Part shown: in pieces, positions 37,233-47,609 of the stretch
How the letters are laid out: every line of letters begins with the position of its first letter
Position numbering within the stretch: the first letter of the stretch is position 1
Assembly: GCA_002688035.1 (NCBI GenBank)
Contig: NZBU01000012.1
Coordinates: forward strand, 18,272 to 82,271
Source: Candidatus Iainarchaeum sp.
Lineage (GTDB): Archaea; Iainarchaeota; Iainarchaeia; Iainarchaeales; GCA-2688035
Direction: 5' to 3'
Length of the DNA stretch: 64,000 nt
The notes under the pieces: generated by a model
Told to the model about the DNA's origin: nothing
The model's input: only the letters and a program-made list of their open reading frames with translations
The model's database searches: none
Made by a program: the position numbers and the translations under genes

Positions 37233-38258
37233 CTAGTCTTTCTTGAGCAAGTCGCCGACATTAAATTTCTTTCTCTCGGGTTCTGGTTTTGGTTTCCAAG
37301 AGCCACCACCAAAAGCCCATTTTCCCTGGGACTGCGGTTCGTCTTTACTCGTGCTTGAGTCTTCAAGCACACTACTTGTTATCTCAGCGTCTTGATCGGA
37401 GGGACTGTAAATTGTTTTCTCTTTCTTCTTAAGTTTTGGCATTTTGGGCAGTGAAATTTTGCCCTTTGCAATCATAATTGCTATTGCGGCAATAACTATT
37501 AGTGCTCCGATGGTTGCAAGTGCTGTCTCATTCTGAATTGCCTTAAAAGAAATAAATCCTGTTGAAGTAAATTCCTCGGTCTCCTCTTCCATTGCAGCAA
37601 GCTTGCCGCCTTGTTCGTTAACTGTTTGCTCAAGTGCAGAAAGCTCTAAATCTGTTGCATCAGCACTTGTTTTCACTTCTCCCTGTATATTATCAAGAGT
37701 AGAATTAATTCCATCAATCTTATCCTGCAGCTCTGCTGAAGTTGCCTTTGCTGCCAGCGCACTCTCTAAGTCTACAACCTTTGCTTTCAAATCATCAATA
37801 TCATTTGCATAACTCATTATTGTTTCTTTCAAAGAGTTGAACTGTGCGCTATACTGTTCCTCAAAATCTTTTGAAGCAGGAATAAAAACATCAATCTGTA
37901 CGCTCTTTTGACCCTTACCAATCTCCTCAACCTTTACAGTGTTCTCGCCCTCTGCACTAAAACCGCTTACAAGCAAGTAAATTGTGTTGCTTTCAATTAG
38001 AGTGTTCTCTGTCAAATTCAGTACAACGCTTTTGTCAACGCTCTTAACATAGATTTTGTTGCTGCTAACGGTTTCAAGCGAAACAATGGTGTTGTCATTT
38101 ACTTGCACTATGGCCTCGTTAAAAGTGTCTAAAGCATCAAACTCAACTAAAATCGAGAAAGCAGTATTTGCTGCCACCTCTGCTGGCGCGCTAAGATTCA
38201 TAGCACTTGCACTGCTGACAAGCATAACCAATGCAATGGCAAAAAGAATTCTTTTCAT
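37233..38258 (-). CDS. Secreted coiled-coil protein with C-terminal TM and cytoplasmic tail
   Basis: Signal peptide, coiled coil, STGF then TM. Confidence 0.75.
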   Translation of the reverse strand: MKRILFAIALVMLVSSASAMNLSAPAEVAANTAFSILVEFDALDTFNEAIVQVNDNTIVSLETVSSNKIYVKSVDKSVVLNLTENTLIESNTIYLLVSGFSAEGENTVKVEEIGKGQKSVQIDVFIPASKDFEEQYSAQFNSLKETIMSYANDIDDLKAKVVDLESALAAKATSAELQDKIDGINSTLDNIQGEVKTSADATDLELSALEQTVNEQGGKLAAMEEETEEFTSTGFISFKAIQNETALATIGALIVIAAIAIMIAKGKISLPKMPKLKKKEKTIYSPSDQDAEITSSVLEDSSTSKDEPQSQGKWAFGGGSWKPKPEPERKKFNVGDLLKKD

Positions 38259-38319
38259 GTTGATCACATAAAATAGCGCCGTAATACTATTTAAATATTC
38301 CCTCGGAATCTTCAATTAG

Positions 38320-38392
38320 GGGCCTGTGGTCTAGTGGCTAGGATGCCGCCTTCACATGGCGGAGATCGGCGGTTCAATTCCGCCCAGGCCCA
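38320..38392 (+). tRNA. tRNA-Val(CAC)
   Basis: GGGCCTG/CAGGCCC; CCGCC-TTCACAT-GGCGG; GGCGG-TTCAATT-CCGCC. Confidence 0.96.
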
Positions 38393-38399
38393 TTTGGAA

Positions 38400-40712
38400 C
38401 TATTTTTTGTTGACCGTGTGCACAAAAAACAGGCCATTGGCATAAATTTTGTCAAGTTCTTCAAATTCAATGGTTTCGTGCCAGAGATTATTGCCAACCG
38501 GCTTCTCATCCAAAAAGATTGAGCGATTCACCACATAGTCGATGTCATACTTATCTAAAATGGCTGGGTTCTCGGTTTTAATGAACTCAAAGCTATCAAG
38601 AATCATTTCCTCGTTAGCATATTCGACAGCCAAATCCGCACTTGATTTCCTTTGTGTAAGATGGATGAACTGGTGTCCAAGATAGGGTTCGTTCAAGAAG
38701 TTCGCGTTTGTGGAAGTGTTCTCGCTAATATACTTGAAAGAACTTTGTGCTGCAGGAACAACAGGGTAGAATGAAATTGTAATCAAGAACATTAAGGCAA
38801 AAGTAACTGCGAAAAGCATTCCGATTGAATATTCTGCCAAACGGTTTTCAAGCAAGCGCTTTGGAAACAGTAAGCCTATGAAAAGTGCGAATGCTGTTGT
38901 GGCAATAACATTTATCCGGTAAGAAACAAACAACTGAATGGCAATGAACAACGTGAGGAACAAGCCCACGCGAATCGCAAACTTATCAACCTTAATCTCT
39001 TTTGTGAGAATGAATGGCACAATATAAAGTGCAATCAATGCTACAAGTGGCAAGTAGTCCAAGAAAAAGCCATATATGGGAATGCTCCACAAGTAACCCC
39101 AGACATTGTACTGTGCTTGGTTTGGAAGGCCATAGCGCATTAGTGTTGGCAGGAAAAGTACAAGTGCTACAGCAATTCCAACTGTCAGCGCTTTCACACT
39201 TGTTTTGATTGTCTGCATCTTTGTGAGCACGATTGGGAGTGCCACAATGAACATTCCAAGAACCGGTGTTTGCACAAATGTTCCAAGTCCAAGTGCTATC
39301 CCACTATGCAAAGGTTTCTCCTTTCTAAGCAGGAAAAGGGAAGTGAAAAGGAAAGAATAACTTATCACATGCCTTATGTTAAAACTAAAATCGGCGAACA
39401 TAAAACTCCCGAGGAAAAGAGCGATGAGTGCCAAGTAACTTCTTTTATCTCCAAAGCCATAACTGCGGAAGAACAATAGTGCGGAGGCAATAAATGCTAT
39501 TTGCGCTAGAATCATTATTATTGCATAAGCCTGTTGGGTATCCAGCCCAGTAAGCCATGATACTCCCGGGTTAATGAAGAAATAACCCGACATATACCCA
39601 AATGGTTTGGTGCCGAGGAAACTGAATGAATCGGTAAAAGGCACTTCTTCCTGAGTCATAATTGTTTGGCTCTGTCTCTCGTAGAATACGGTCCAAGAAC
39701 TGTAATAGCTTGTTGTAAACATGTTGAAGAAAAATGAAGAAAATATAAGGATGAACAGCAGCAGCAAAAGTAGTGGTGAAACTTTCAAATAGTCCCTCAG
39801 GCTTTTCTTGCCAAGAGGGCATTTGTTCTCAAAGTTTTTTCTAAATGCGAGGGCTAGCACCAAGGTTATTATCGAAACGATTAGCAGGAAGTTGAATGCT
39901 GACAAAGCATTACCTAATTCCAAACCAAAGAACACAACCATAAGTATTGTGAAAAATGAAAGAATGCTGTAAGAAAGCTTTTCAAGCAAATCTTGTTTTG
40001 GGAAAACAAAGAACGCCAGCACGCAAAGTAGTGCCGAAACAATTAGAATTCCAAGGAATGGGTTCATTGCAAAGCCGCGTTCTTTTGAAACTGTGAGAGT
40101 TTGTTCTGCTCCCTCGAATTGCACGCTAACCTTATTGCCCCCATCAGCCAAACTTATTCTCTCATCCGACTCAAAGTTTTCACCCGAAAAATAAACGCGA
40201 TGATCAAGCTTGTCATTTACAAAAATTTCCAATGGCTCGTAGGAGAGAGCGTCATTGTTTTCAACCTTGATGTTTATAGTGTCATTCTCAAGCTGCGTCA
40301 CACTAATTGTTGGAGTTGTTCGCTCAACATTTTCCTTGAGAACTACATGGTAGAAGAGCCTGTGCACCCCAATCAATATTTCAACTTTATTATCGCCTCG
40401 TGAAAGATCTTCACTCGCAATGCATTTCCCAAGCTCTTGTTCTTGGGCAAGATCAACTTCTCCTTTCCCTAGAACCTTGTCGTTTGCTATGACTGAGTAT
40501 GCTGCGATGGTGGGCAAGTCATAATTGCTCTGAATTTTGGCAGTGAAGCATGCTTGCTCTCCCACGGCTATTTCTTTGTCAAATCTGAGTAGGAATACCT
40601 CGCCATGATTGCTCTTTGTTGCCCACTGACCCCAGTAAAGGGACCCAAGTAAGGTCAAGCTCAGAACAATGGCTACGGCTATAAAAGTAATCAAAAAGCT
40701 GTTTTTTTGCAT
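38400..40712 (-). CDS. Polytopic membrane protein, GT-C glycosyltransferase-like, with N-terminal extracellular beta domains
   Basis: About 14 TMs; C-terminal domain (ILDKYDIDYVV) typical of GT-C/STT3-like proteins. Confidence 0.6.
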   Translation of the reverse strand: MQKNSFLITFIAVAIVLSLTLLGSLYWGQWATKSNHGEVFLLRFDKEIAVGEQACFTAKIQSNYDLPTIAAYSVIANDKVLGKGEVDLAQEQELGKCIASEDLSRGDNKVEILIGVHRLFYHVVLKENVERTTPTISVTQLENDTINIKVENNDALSYEPLEIFVNDKLDHRVYFSGENFESDERISLADGGNKVSVQFEGAEQTLTVSKERGFAMNPFLGILIVSALLCVLAFFVFPKQDLLEKLSYSILSFFTILMVVFFGLELGNALSAFNFLLIVSIITLVLALAFRKNFENKCPLGKKSLRDYLKVSPLLLLLLFILIFSSFFFNMFTTSYYSSWTVFYERQSQTIMTQEEVPFTDSFSFLGTKPFGYMSGYFFINPGVSWLTGLDTQQAYAIIMILAQIAFIASALLFFRSYGFGDKRSYLALIALFLGSFMFADFSFNIRHVISYSFLFTSLFLLRKEKPLHSGIALGLGTFVQTPVLGMFIVALPIVLTKMQTIKTSVKALTVGIAVALVLFLPTLMRYGLPNQAQYNVWGYLWSIPIYGFFLDYLPLVALIALYIVPFILTKEIKVDKFAIRVGLFLTLFIAIQLFVSYRINVIATTAFALFIGLLFPKRLLENRLAEYSIGMLFAVTFALMFLITISFYPVVPAAQSSFKYISENTSTNANFLNEPYLGHQFIHLTQRKSSADLAVEYANEEMILDSFEFIKTENPAILDKYDIDYVVNRSIFLDEKPVGNNLWHETIEFEELDKIYANGLFFVHTVNKK

Positions 40713-40809
40713 GTTTTTTCATATACAAATGGACGGGAAATATTTAAATTCCAAGCTTTTAAGCGCAAGAAATAAATACTGGCTTTACACTAGGTATTAG
40801 TGGTGGGGA

Positions 40810-41496
40810 ATGGACAGAGGAGAATTTGCTAACCTAGTCAAGAGATTTGAGAAACAGCTTTTCAAGGCGAAAAGCGGTTTTAAAGAGGCCAGTGAAACCA
40901 CTGCTTCATTCAAAGAATCAATCTCCTTCCTGGAACAAATTGAGCAGGAAATTTCCAAAAACCCTTCTTTTGCAAAGGACTTCCAGCTTCTTTCAATGGA
41001 AAACAGCAGTGTCTCAGCCTGGAAGAAGACCACTGCAATGGTTGATGCTTTGAAAACTCTTCTTGAAGAGGGAGAGGAGAGCCAGGCAAACGCAAATCGC
41101 TTCTTGGAATCTTTTAGAAACTCGCGAGCATATGCTTTTCCCGATTCAAAGTCAACAATTTCTTTTCTGCAGAGCCTTGCAGATATCTTTTCAATCTCAA
41201 AGTTCGAACTAAAGCCCCAATTTATCGGAACTGTTGACATGGCTGTGATAACAAAAGACCTGAAGCTTAAAGCTGATAAAAATTTTATGAACTTCAATGT
41301 TACTGAGATCAAAAAAGTGATGAAATCCTTGATTGACAACAAGGATGCCCGCAACCTTGTTTTGGAGGGTAGAGGCATAAAAGTGTTTTGGCAGAACCCG
41401 CGCTTGCTAAGAGTTGATGCAAAGCATGATCAACTCAGGTCTTTGGATAAAGTGTGCAATGTTTTCCGTGGCGAGTGCGTGGAAAAAATAGTCTGA
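40810..41496 (+). CDS. Hypothetical protein
   Basis: 228-aa ORF with GGTGG RBS. Confidence 0.75.
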   Translation: MDRGEFANLVKRFEKQLFKAKSGFKEASETTASFKESISFLEQIEQEISKNPSFAKDFQLLSMENSSVSAWKKTTAMVDALKTLLEEGEESQANANRFLESFRNSRAYAFPDSKSTISFLQSLADIFSISKFELKPQFIGTVDMAVITKDLKLKADKNFMNFNVTEIKKVMKSLIDNKDARNLVLEGRGIKVFWQNPRLLRVDAKHDQLRSLDKVCNVFRGECVEKIV

Positions 41497-41498
41497 TT

Positions 41499-42794
41499 TT
41501 ACTTTGTAAAAGCACTTGCCGTTACTCCGGCATCCCAACTGAACCTTGGTCTAATTTTGACCATCCAAATTTTCTCAGTGTTATCATCAATGATTAGAGC
41601 ATATCCCTTGCTCTTTGGCATCTCGGCATACAGGTGATCAAAATCCTGGTGCAAGTAACTTGGGCGTAAAGCGGCGACAGCTTCAATGTCTGGTTTTGAA
41701 GTCATTCTGTGCGAGATAAACAAATCACATTGGCTTATTGCATCAGGATGCAGTTTGTTTGGGCGCTGTGTTGCAAGCAGCAAACTTAAGCCCGGTTGTC
41801 TCCCAACCCTCACCCATTCCAAAAGCACTTGTAGTGCAAGGTTATCAGAATCTTTTGGCATGAACATATGTGCCTCATCAATCAGCATCCACACAATTGG
41901 CATTGCCGATTCTCGCTTTTGTCCCTTTAACACTTTCATTTCCTCTTCTTTTCTAAATAGCATTCTTTCCTCAAACAGTTTTTTTCCAAGGAGTGCAACA
42001 ATTATATCTCTTGTTCCCTCCATTCCAACTGCCTGCCTGTAAGCACTCACATCAATAACAGTTATTTCCCCGGCCTTTGCTATCTCACTAAGCCTTGTTC
42101 CCTCTTTCTCGATGATGCCCCAGGTCTTCGCAACTTTTAACCTGTTTATCATTGCCTGCTTTACGAGCTTTGTGCTCTCAGCATCATTCTTTATTGCGGC
42201 AATGAGCTCGTCAATTCCATAGTAGCTTCCAAGCTTTTTCTTCACTTCATCTACAACACGCGTAATAAGTACTCCTTCAGGATCCTTCCATGTTAGTTTG
42301 AACAAAGCCATCCACTCAACAGCATCGAGCTCTGCTGCTTTCAGCGTAAACGCGCCACTGACAGGAAGTCCCTTTTCCTTGTAAAAATCGAGTTTTCCCT
42401 TTGGGACAAGAACCCTCACATTTGTTTCAGCTGGCTTTAAGTCCCAGTTCGCCAGCTCTTTCTCATTCTCTTTGTTTGCGAACTTAAGACTCCAGAATAT
42501 TCCGACTGTGTCAATTGTTATAATAGAAATCCTGTTCTTTATCTCGGGCTCCAGCCTTGCAAACTCTTCAAGCATGACGGCCATCGTGTACGATTTCCCG
42601 CCTCCACGCTTGCCGCAAACTAGGACAAGATGCGGTTTTGAGAGATCCATAAAGATTTTTCTGCCGAGAACAGGTTTTTCTCCCTTTGATAATAATACTT
42701 TTCCAATATAGCCTGTGCCCTTAAATTTGTATTTGGCAATGTCTTTTGGGGAGCGCCCTACAATGGATTTGGATTTACCTAATTCAATAGCCAT
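41499..42794 (-). CDS. HerA/FtsK-superfamily (DUF87) ATPase
   Basis: H...CGKRGGGKS, MLIDEAH, GRQPG, LATQRP. Confidence 0.9.
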   Translation of the reverse strand: MAIELGKSKSIVGRSPKDIAKYKFKGTGYIGKVLLSKGEKPVLGRKIFMDLSKPHLVLVCGKRGGGKSYTMAVMLEEFARLEPEIKNRISIITIDTVGIFWSLKFANKENEKELANWDLKPAETNVRVLVPKGKLDFYKEKGLPVSGAFTLKAAELDAVEWMALFKLTWKDPEGVLITRVVDEVKKKLGSYYGIDELIAAIKNDAESTKLVKQAMINRLKVAKTWGIIEKEGTRLSEIAKAGEITVIDVSAYRQAVGMEGTRDIIVALLGKKLFEERMLFRKEEEMKVLKGQKRESAMPIVWMLIDEAHMFMPKDSDNLALQVLLEWVRVGRQPGLSLLLATQRPNKLHPDAISQCDLFISHRMTSKPDIEAVAALRPSYLHQDFDHLYAEMPKSKGYALIIDDNTEKIWMVKIRPRFSWDAGVTASAFTK

Positions 42795-42847
42795 GTTGCA
42801 AATAAGACGCAGTTAAGGTATTTAAACTTTAACATCCTTTTATCTAA

Positions 42848-43333
42848 TTGATTCTTGTGGCAGCTGCATTGAAACAACAGGAAGAAGAATTAAGACTTCT
42901 AATTCGAAAGATTGATACTGAGATAGTTGCTTTTGAGAAGCTTAAGACCGAGGTCAGTGTGAAAAAAGCCAAGATAGAGAAGTCTGTTAATGTCGCAGGA
43001 CTACAACCAGTTCCAATTAACATTGCGCCACACTCCGGTTCTGCTGATAATCTTGTGCGAGAGCTAGAGCAGCATGTTCTTGCTCTTAACAAAGTAAAGA
43101 ATTTTATCAATGGCAAGTTGAAAGTAGTGATAAAGGAAGAGGAACTGCTTGCAGAACTCCAAAAAGAGTATGGAAAGGAAGTTAATATCAAAAAGCATCC
43201 TAACGGGGAGTTCGAATTGGTTTTCTCGGATGATGGGACAAAGGCGGCTTTCAAGGCGCTTGAAAAAAGCAAGGGCATGCTTGAAACCGTGAAGAAGAGC
43301 GTTCAATCTTTAACAGAAGAACAAAAAGAATAA
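42848..43333 (+). CDS. Coiled-coil hypothetical protein
   Basis: 161-aa K/E-rich helical ORF. Confidence 0.7.
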   Translation: MILVAAALKQQEEELRLLIRKIDTEIVAFEKLKTEVSVKKAKIEKSVNVAGLQPVPINIAPHSGSADNLVRELEQHVLALNKVKNFINGKLKVVIKEEELLAELQKEYGKEVNIKKHPNGEFELVFSDDGTKAAFKALEKSKGMLETVKKSVQSLTEEQKE

Positions 43334-43345
43334 TTTACTATTTTT

Positions 43346-44173
43346 CTAACGCAGGTATTCCAGCGTATTTTGAACTATTCCCGGTGTAAGCGCAGGGTCA
43401 TAGTTGAAATAGATTGTTTTTCCCAGCAATGTTTTCTTTTCCATTATTGCAGGGAAGCTTTTTGACGAGCCCTCATCCTCAATTATGGCAACAGTGCTTC
43501 CAATAGGCTTAACATCAAAAGTCTTCAAAGAGTATGGCGGCAAACTCGGGCTTGCAGGAGCATTCTCTACTCCAATCATTATCTTGTGGGATATATCTTG
43601 TCTCTTGATCCTGCCTTGCAGTGAAACAACGGTTTCACAGGTTGGCTTTTCGCCTTGTCCAATATCACATTCAACAGGCATAATTGTTCCAAAGTTTGAT
43701 TTCCACCCAATAACATCTGCTGCAACACTTCCTTCCGGCCCACTCCGATAAATTCCTGAATCTAATACTACGATGAGCTTTCCGCCTGTTCTAACAAAGT
43801 TCTCAATCGCTTCCCCAAACTGCCTGCTTACACTCTGTCCAAACGCGCTATCTGCTAAATGCTGATCTAAGAGCACGATGTCATACTGCTCTAATTGTTG
43901 CCCAGGGGTTGTCTCAAATTGAGTGGCATCTTGGATCTTATAATAAACCAAGCTGTTGTCCTGATCCAAAATTGTTACAAGTGCCTGGCTCGGCGCACCA
44001 ATAATAAGCATCTCAGTTTTTGGAGTGGGGGTTTCTAAAGGAATTTTCCACACTCCACTGAAATAGACTGCTCCAACAATTATGAGGAATACTGCAAGAA
44101 TTGCTAACTGTTTGTTCTTAGGAATGTTCAGAGAGAATCCTTCTCCACCCATTTCCTCACCCATCTCACCCAT
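43346..44173 (-). CDS. Single-TM protein with GATase-like alpha/beta domain (paralog A)
   Basis: LEQYDIVLLD, IENFVRTGGKLIVV; C-terminus nearly identical to 52025-52900. Confidence 0.75.
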   Translation of the reverse strand: MGEMGEEMGGEGFSLNIPKNKQLAILAVFLIIVGAVYFSGVWKIPLETPTPKTEMLIIGAPSQALVTILDQDNSLVYYKIQDATQFETTPGQQLEQYDIVLLDQHLADSAFGQSVSRQFGEAIENFVRTGGKLIVVLDSGIYRSGPEGSVAADVIGWKSNFGTIMPVECDIGQGEKPTCETVVSLQGRIKRQDISHKIMIGVENAPASPSLPPYSLKTFDVKPIGSTVAIIEDEGSSKSFPAIMEKKTLLGKTIYFNYDPALTPGIVQNTLEYLR

Positions 44174-44311
44174 TACAATCAGAACTAATAAACCAAAACT
44201 TGAATATAAATGTTTGCCTTTGATGCTTGTGCCCGGTAACTATCTTTTGTGAAACAATTTCACATTTATACTTTAAACTCACCTATATTATAAAATAAAG
44301 GAGGGGAAAAT

Positions 44312-45211
44312 ATGAAAAAATATTTGTTTCTATTGGTTTTCTCGGCACTTGTTTTCTCAGTGTTAGTTCTGGCTTTGAAACCAGACTTTCAAGCTGTAGA
44401 GATAAGAAATCCTGTTACAAGCGATGTGAAAAACGGTGTTGTGATACCGGCAAAAGCAGTTGAAGTAACTCCAAACATTTTCTATCTCGGAGCAACAACC
44501 GATGAGGGTAGAGTTGTAGAGGGTTATGCAATAGTAACTCCAAAGAAAGCTAAAGCAAAGGGCACATGCAATAACAACAATGTGTGTGAGCCTGAACTTG
44601 GTGAAAAGAATAATTGCTCTGATTGTAGCGGTGGCGGAACTAATACAGGAGAAAGCACTTGTTATGGTTTCCTTGCAAAGGGTGCCAAATGGAAGACGAC
44701 TGAACCATATGTTGTTAACCCATCTAACACAAGCGGTCTAAATGAAGCATTCGTAGCAAGTAATTTGGACACCGACATTGCTAAGTGGGAAAATGCAGCA
44801 GGCACCAATATTATTGGGGCAGGTTCTGTAACAAGTGATCTTCTTGTTGCCGATATGGTTGCAACTGACGGAAAAAACGAGGTTTACTTTGGCAGTATAT
44901 CCGACTCAGGCGCAATTGCCATAACAATTGTGTGGGGGATATTTAGGGGCCCACCGGGCCAGAGAGAGCTTGTTGAATGGGATCAAGTGTACGACCAAGT
45001 AGACTTCAATTGGAGTAGCAGTGGAGAAGCCGGAAAAATGGACTTTGAGAACATTGCAACCCATGAGTTAGGTCACAGCGTGGGACTAGGGGATTTGTAT
45101 ACTGTGGAGTGCTTGGAAGAAACGATGTACGGATATGCATCTGAGGGTGAAACAAAAAAGAGAACCCTTGAATCCGGAGACATTACAGGAATACAAGAGC
45201 TTTACAACTAG
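44312..45211 (+). CDS. Secreted matrixin-like (metzincin) metalloprotease
   Basis: Signal peptide, HELGHSVGLGD, Met-turn ETMYG. Confidence 0.9.
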   Translation: MKKYLFLLVFSALVFSVLVLALKPDFQAVEIRNPVTSDVKNGVVIPAKAVEVTPNIFYLGATTDEGRVVEGYAIVTPKKAKAKGTCNNNNVCEPELGEKNNCSDCSGGGTNTGESTCYGFLAKGAKWKTTEPYVVNPSNTSGLNEAFVASNLDTDIAKWENAAGTNIIGAGSVTSDLLVADMVATDGKNEVYFGSISDSGAIAITIVWGIFRGPPGQRELVEWDQVYDQVDFNWSSSGEAGKMDFENIATHELGHSVGLGDLYTVECLEETMYGYASEGETKKRTLESGDITGIQELYN

Positions 45212-45212
45212 A

Positions 45213-45245
45213 TGGGCTGTAAGCCCACTCTTTTTCTTTTTTTTT
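45213..45245 (+). terminator. Hairpin plus T-tract terminator
   Basis: TGGGCT-GTA-AGCCCA followed by a long T run directly after the stop. Confidence 0.6.
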
Positions 45246-45327
45246 AAGAATCAGAGAACTATTTGTCTGCAACAATAATTTATCTTGTCTTATTGCGAAC
45301 GCAACAGTAGTTTTGCTTGTGCCAATC

Positions 45328-45567
45328 CTAGCTACCCAGCGCTTTCTTTATTGCTTCAACATCGAAGCCAACAATTATTTTACCGTTTATATCCAGTACT
45401 GGTACACCCATTTGTCCGCTCTTCTTTATCATTTCGTTCATGGCGTCCTTATCGACTGAAACGTCCTTGTGTTCGTAAGGGATCTTGTTTTCGTCGAAAA
45501 ACTCTTTTGCCATTTGGCACCAAGGACATGTTGGGGTTGAATAAACTATTACTTTTGCATCAGCCAT
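45328..45567 (-). CDS. Glutaredoxin-like (NrdH/YruB) protein
   Basis: YSTPTCPWC, GQMGVPV, IVGFD. Confidence 0.95.
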   Translation of the reverse strand: MADAKVIVYSTPTCPWCQMAKEFFDENKIPYEHKDVSVDKDAMNEMIKKSGQMGVPVLDINGKIIVGFDVEAIKKALGS

Positions 45568-46030
45568 TTAATTCGCCTCCTAATGTTAAAATATTCACCA
45601 AACTATTTAAATGTCTTGTTTTGAAATAGGGTTGAAAATTGTTATTTCATTTGTTACCCTACTCTAGAACTTCGCACATCTTTTCCTGCAGTTCGTCTTC
45701 CACCAAATTCTTGAGGTTTTTGTACGCTTTCTTTCTTTCGCTTCTTTTCTTCAGCGCACTCAACTCGTCGCAGGTGAGACTTTCCACAAGTTCTTTTTCA
45801 TCGTGTATTTGTTTTATGGTTATCGCCTCTTTAATTGAAAGGGATGGGGCAACCACGAACGGTGGTTGCCGCCTGAGGACACTCGCTTTTCACAGCGTTT
45901 GTCTTGCCTTGCTAAGGTTTTTTTGCGAGCCCTTCAGGGTTTGACAAAATATCCCAACACCTATAATTTATATACCCAATATACTTACGATACCTATCTA
46001 TAAAAGGAGTATGGTTTCTATAATTATATT

Positions 46031-46390
46031 ATGCAAAAAGAATGTCCTGTTTATGGAGTCGTAGATTTTGTCGGCAAGCGCTGGACTTTGCTAATTCTAC
46101 TTGAGCTTTACAAGGGAGAGCACAAACGCAAGCGTTATACCCATATAAAAAATTCTCTGCCAAATATAACGCCTAAAATTCTTTCAGCAAGACTAAAAGA
46201 ACTTGAGAAACAGGGAATGCTCAAGAAACAAATTTCTGCAAAAACTTTTCCAATTAAATCAGAATATTATTTAACCCCGAGGGGAGAAGACTTTATTAAA
46301 ATCATTAAAGGCATAAAACGCTGGGGCTTGAAATGGAAGATTAGTAACGAACATTGCGAGACCATGAATTGCGAAGAATGTGATTTTTGA
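46031..46390 (+). CDS. HxlR/DUF24-family transcriptional regulator
   Basis: CPV...GKRWTLLIL, ITPKILSARLKELE, EYYLT; C-terminal C-x4-C-x2-C. Confidence 0.93.
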   Translation: MQKECPVYGVVDFVGKRWTLLILLELYKGEHKRKRYTHIKNSLPNITPKILSARLKELEKQGMLKKQISAKTFPIKSEYYLTPRGEDFIKIIKGIKRWGLKWKISNEHCETMNCEECDF

Positions 46391-47340
46391 TGACTGAAGA
46401 GGTATTTGACACAATAATTATCGGCGGTGGAGTAGCCGGATTGGGTGCGGCAGTTTACTGTGGCCGGTTTCAAATGAAAACCCTTATTCTAACTGAGAAA
46501 AAAGGCGGGACAATAATTCTTACAAAGGACATTGGGAATTACCCCGGCTTCAAGAATATTACGGGAATGGAGCTAGCGAAAAAGCTTGAGGAACATGTCA
46601 AAGAGTATGGTGTTGAAATTCAAACAGGAAAAGTGACAAAAGTTGAATCTGACAAAGTCGAGGGAAATTGCTTCAAAGTATTTGTTGGTGAGAAAAGCTT
46701 TCTAACAAAAACAATAATCTTTGCAACAGGAACCGAGTGGAAAAAACTTAAGGTTCCAGGTGAAGAAGAATTCACGGCAAAGGGAGTTCACTACTGCGCA
46801 CTGTGTGACGGGGCAATCTATAAGGATAAAGTAATCGGCGTTGTTGGTGGAAGCGACTCTGCAGCCAAAGAAGCTTTACTGTTAACTGAATATGGGAAAA
46901 AAGTTTTCATAATTTACCGTAAGGAAGAAATACGCGCAGAACCAATCAACTACGAGCGCGTAAAAGAGAACAAAAAAATAGAAATAATAAACAACACAAA
47001 TGTTGTTGAGATTAAAGGCAACAAAACAGTAACAGGAATTGTACTTGACAAGCCCTACAATGGTTCGAAAGAATTCAAACTTGACGCTCTCTTTGTTGAG
47101 ATTGGACATATCCCACTCTCAAACCTGGCAAAAGACTTGGGTCTAGACCTCAATGATAAACATGAGATAAAAGTTGACAGGGATTCCAAGACAAACATAA
47201 ACGGAGTGTTTGCTGCAGGAGATGTTGTTGACACCCGCTTCAAGCAGGCAATCACTGGAGTTGGAGAGGGCGTGCAAGCGGCTTTCTCCGCATACCAATA
47301 TATTAATAATAACAAATTGACATCTGCGCCTAGTAACTGA
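46390..47340 (+). CDS. trxB: Thioredoxin reductase
   Basis: IIGGGVAG, GVHYCALCDG, VGGSDSA, FAAGD, KQAIT. Confidence 0.94.
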   Translation: MTEEVFDTIIIGGGVAGLGAAVYCGRFQMKTLILTEKKGGTIILTKDIGNYPGFKNITGMELAKKLEEHVKEYGVEIQTGKVTKVESDKVEGNCFKVFVGEKSFLTKTIIFATGTEWKKLKVPGEEEFTAKGVHYCALCDGAIYKDKVIGVVGGSDSAAKEALLLTEYGKKVFIIYRKEEIRAEPINYERVKENKKIEIINNTNVVEIKGNKTVTGIVLDKPYNGSKEFKLDALFVEIGHIPLSNLAKDLGLDLNDKHEIKVDRDSKTNINGVFAAGDVVDTRFKQAITGVGEGVQAAFSAYQYINNNKLTSAPSN

Positions 47341-47609
47341 GGATTGAAGGCTCGCTTAAATTCAGAGTTGAGTCAAACAAGCGCCCAAGTTACACAGGCA
47401 AACTTCTTTCTTCTCTGCGGGAACAATTTGGTGGCCATTCAATCAAAAAGCCAGAAATAAGACATTAACTAATTTTTGATTTTCACAGTTTTTCTTTTAG
47501 TTAATGTTTTCTTTTTTTAAAAAGAAAAAATTAAGGCAAAGGAGGGGGCATTGAATGGGAGGAGGTGTGCTCTAGCAAAGGAGGTGGGGGTTGGGAGTAG
47601 AATAGAAAT

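Noticed and set aside
41499-42794. HerA-like ATPase as a defence or HerA-NurA repair system
   Set aside because: No nurA, mre11, rad50, SIR2 or nuclease partner is adjacent, and the flanking genes are on the opposite strand.
45659-45856. 65-aa ORF, and an RNase P-like GGAAAGTC motif in the same stretch
   Set aside because: The ORF has no RBS or family motif, and the segment lacks the helices and 3' conserved region of RNase P RNA.
47462-47507. 11-bp inverted repeat as a Xer/dif site
   Set aside because: The spacer is 24 bp rather than 6 bp.
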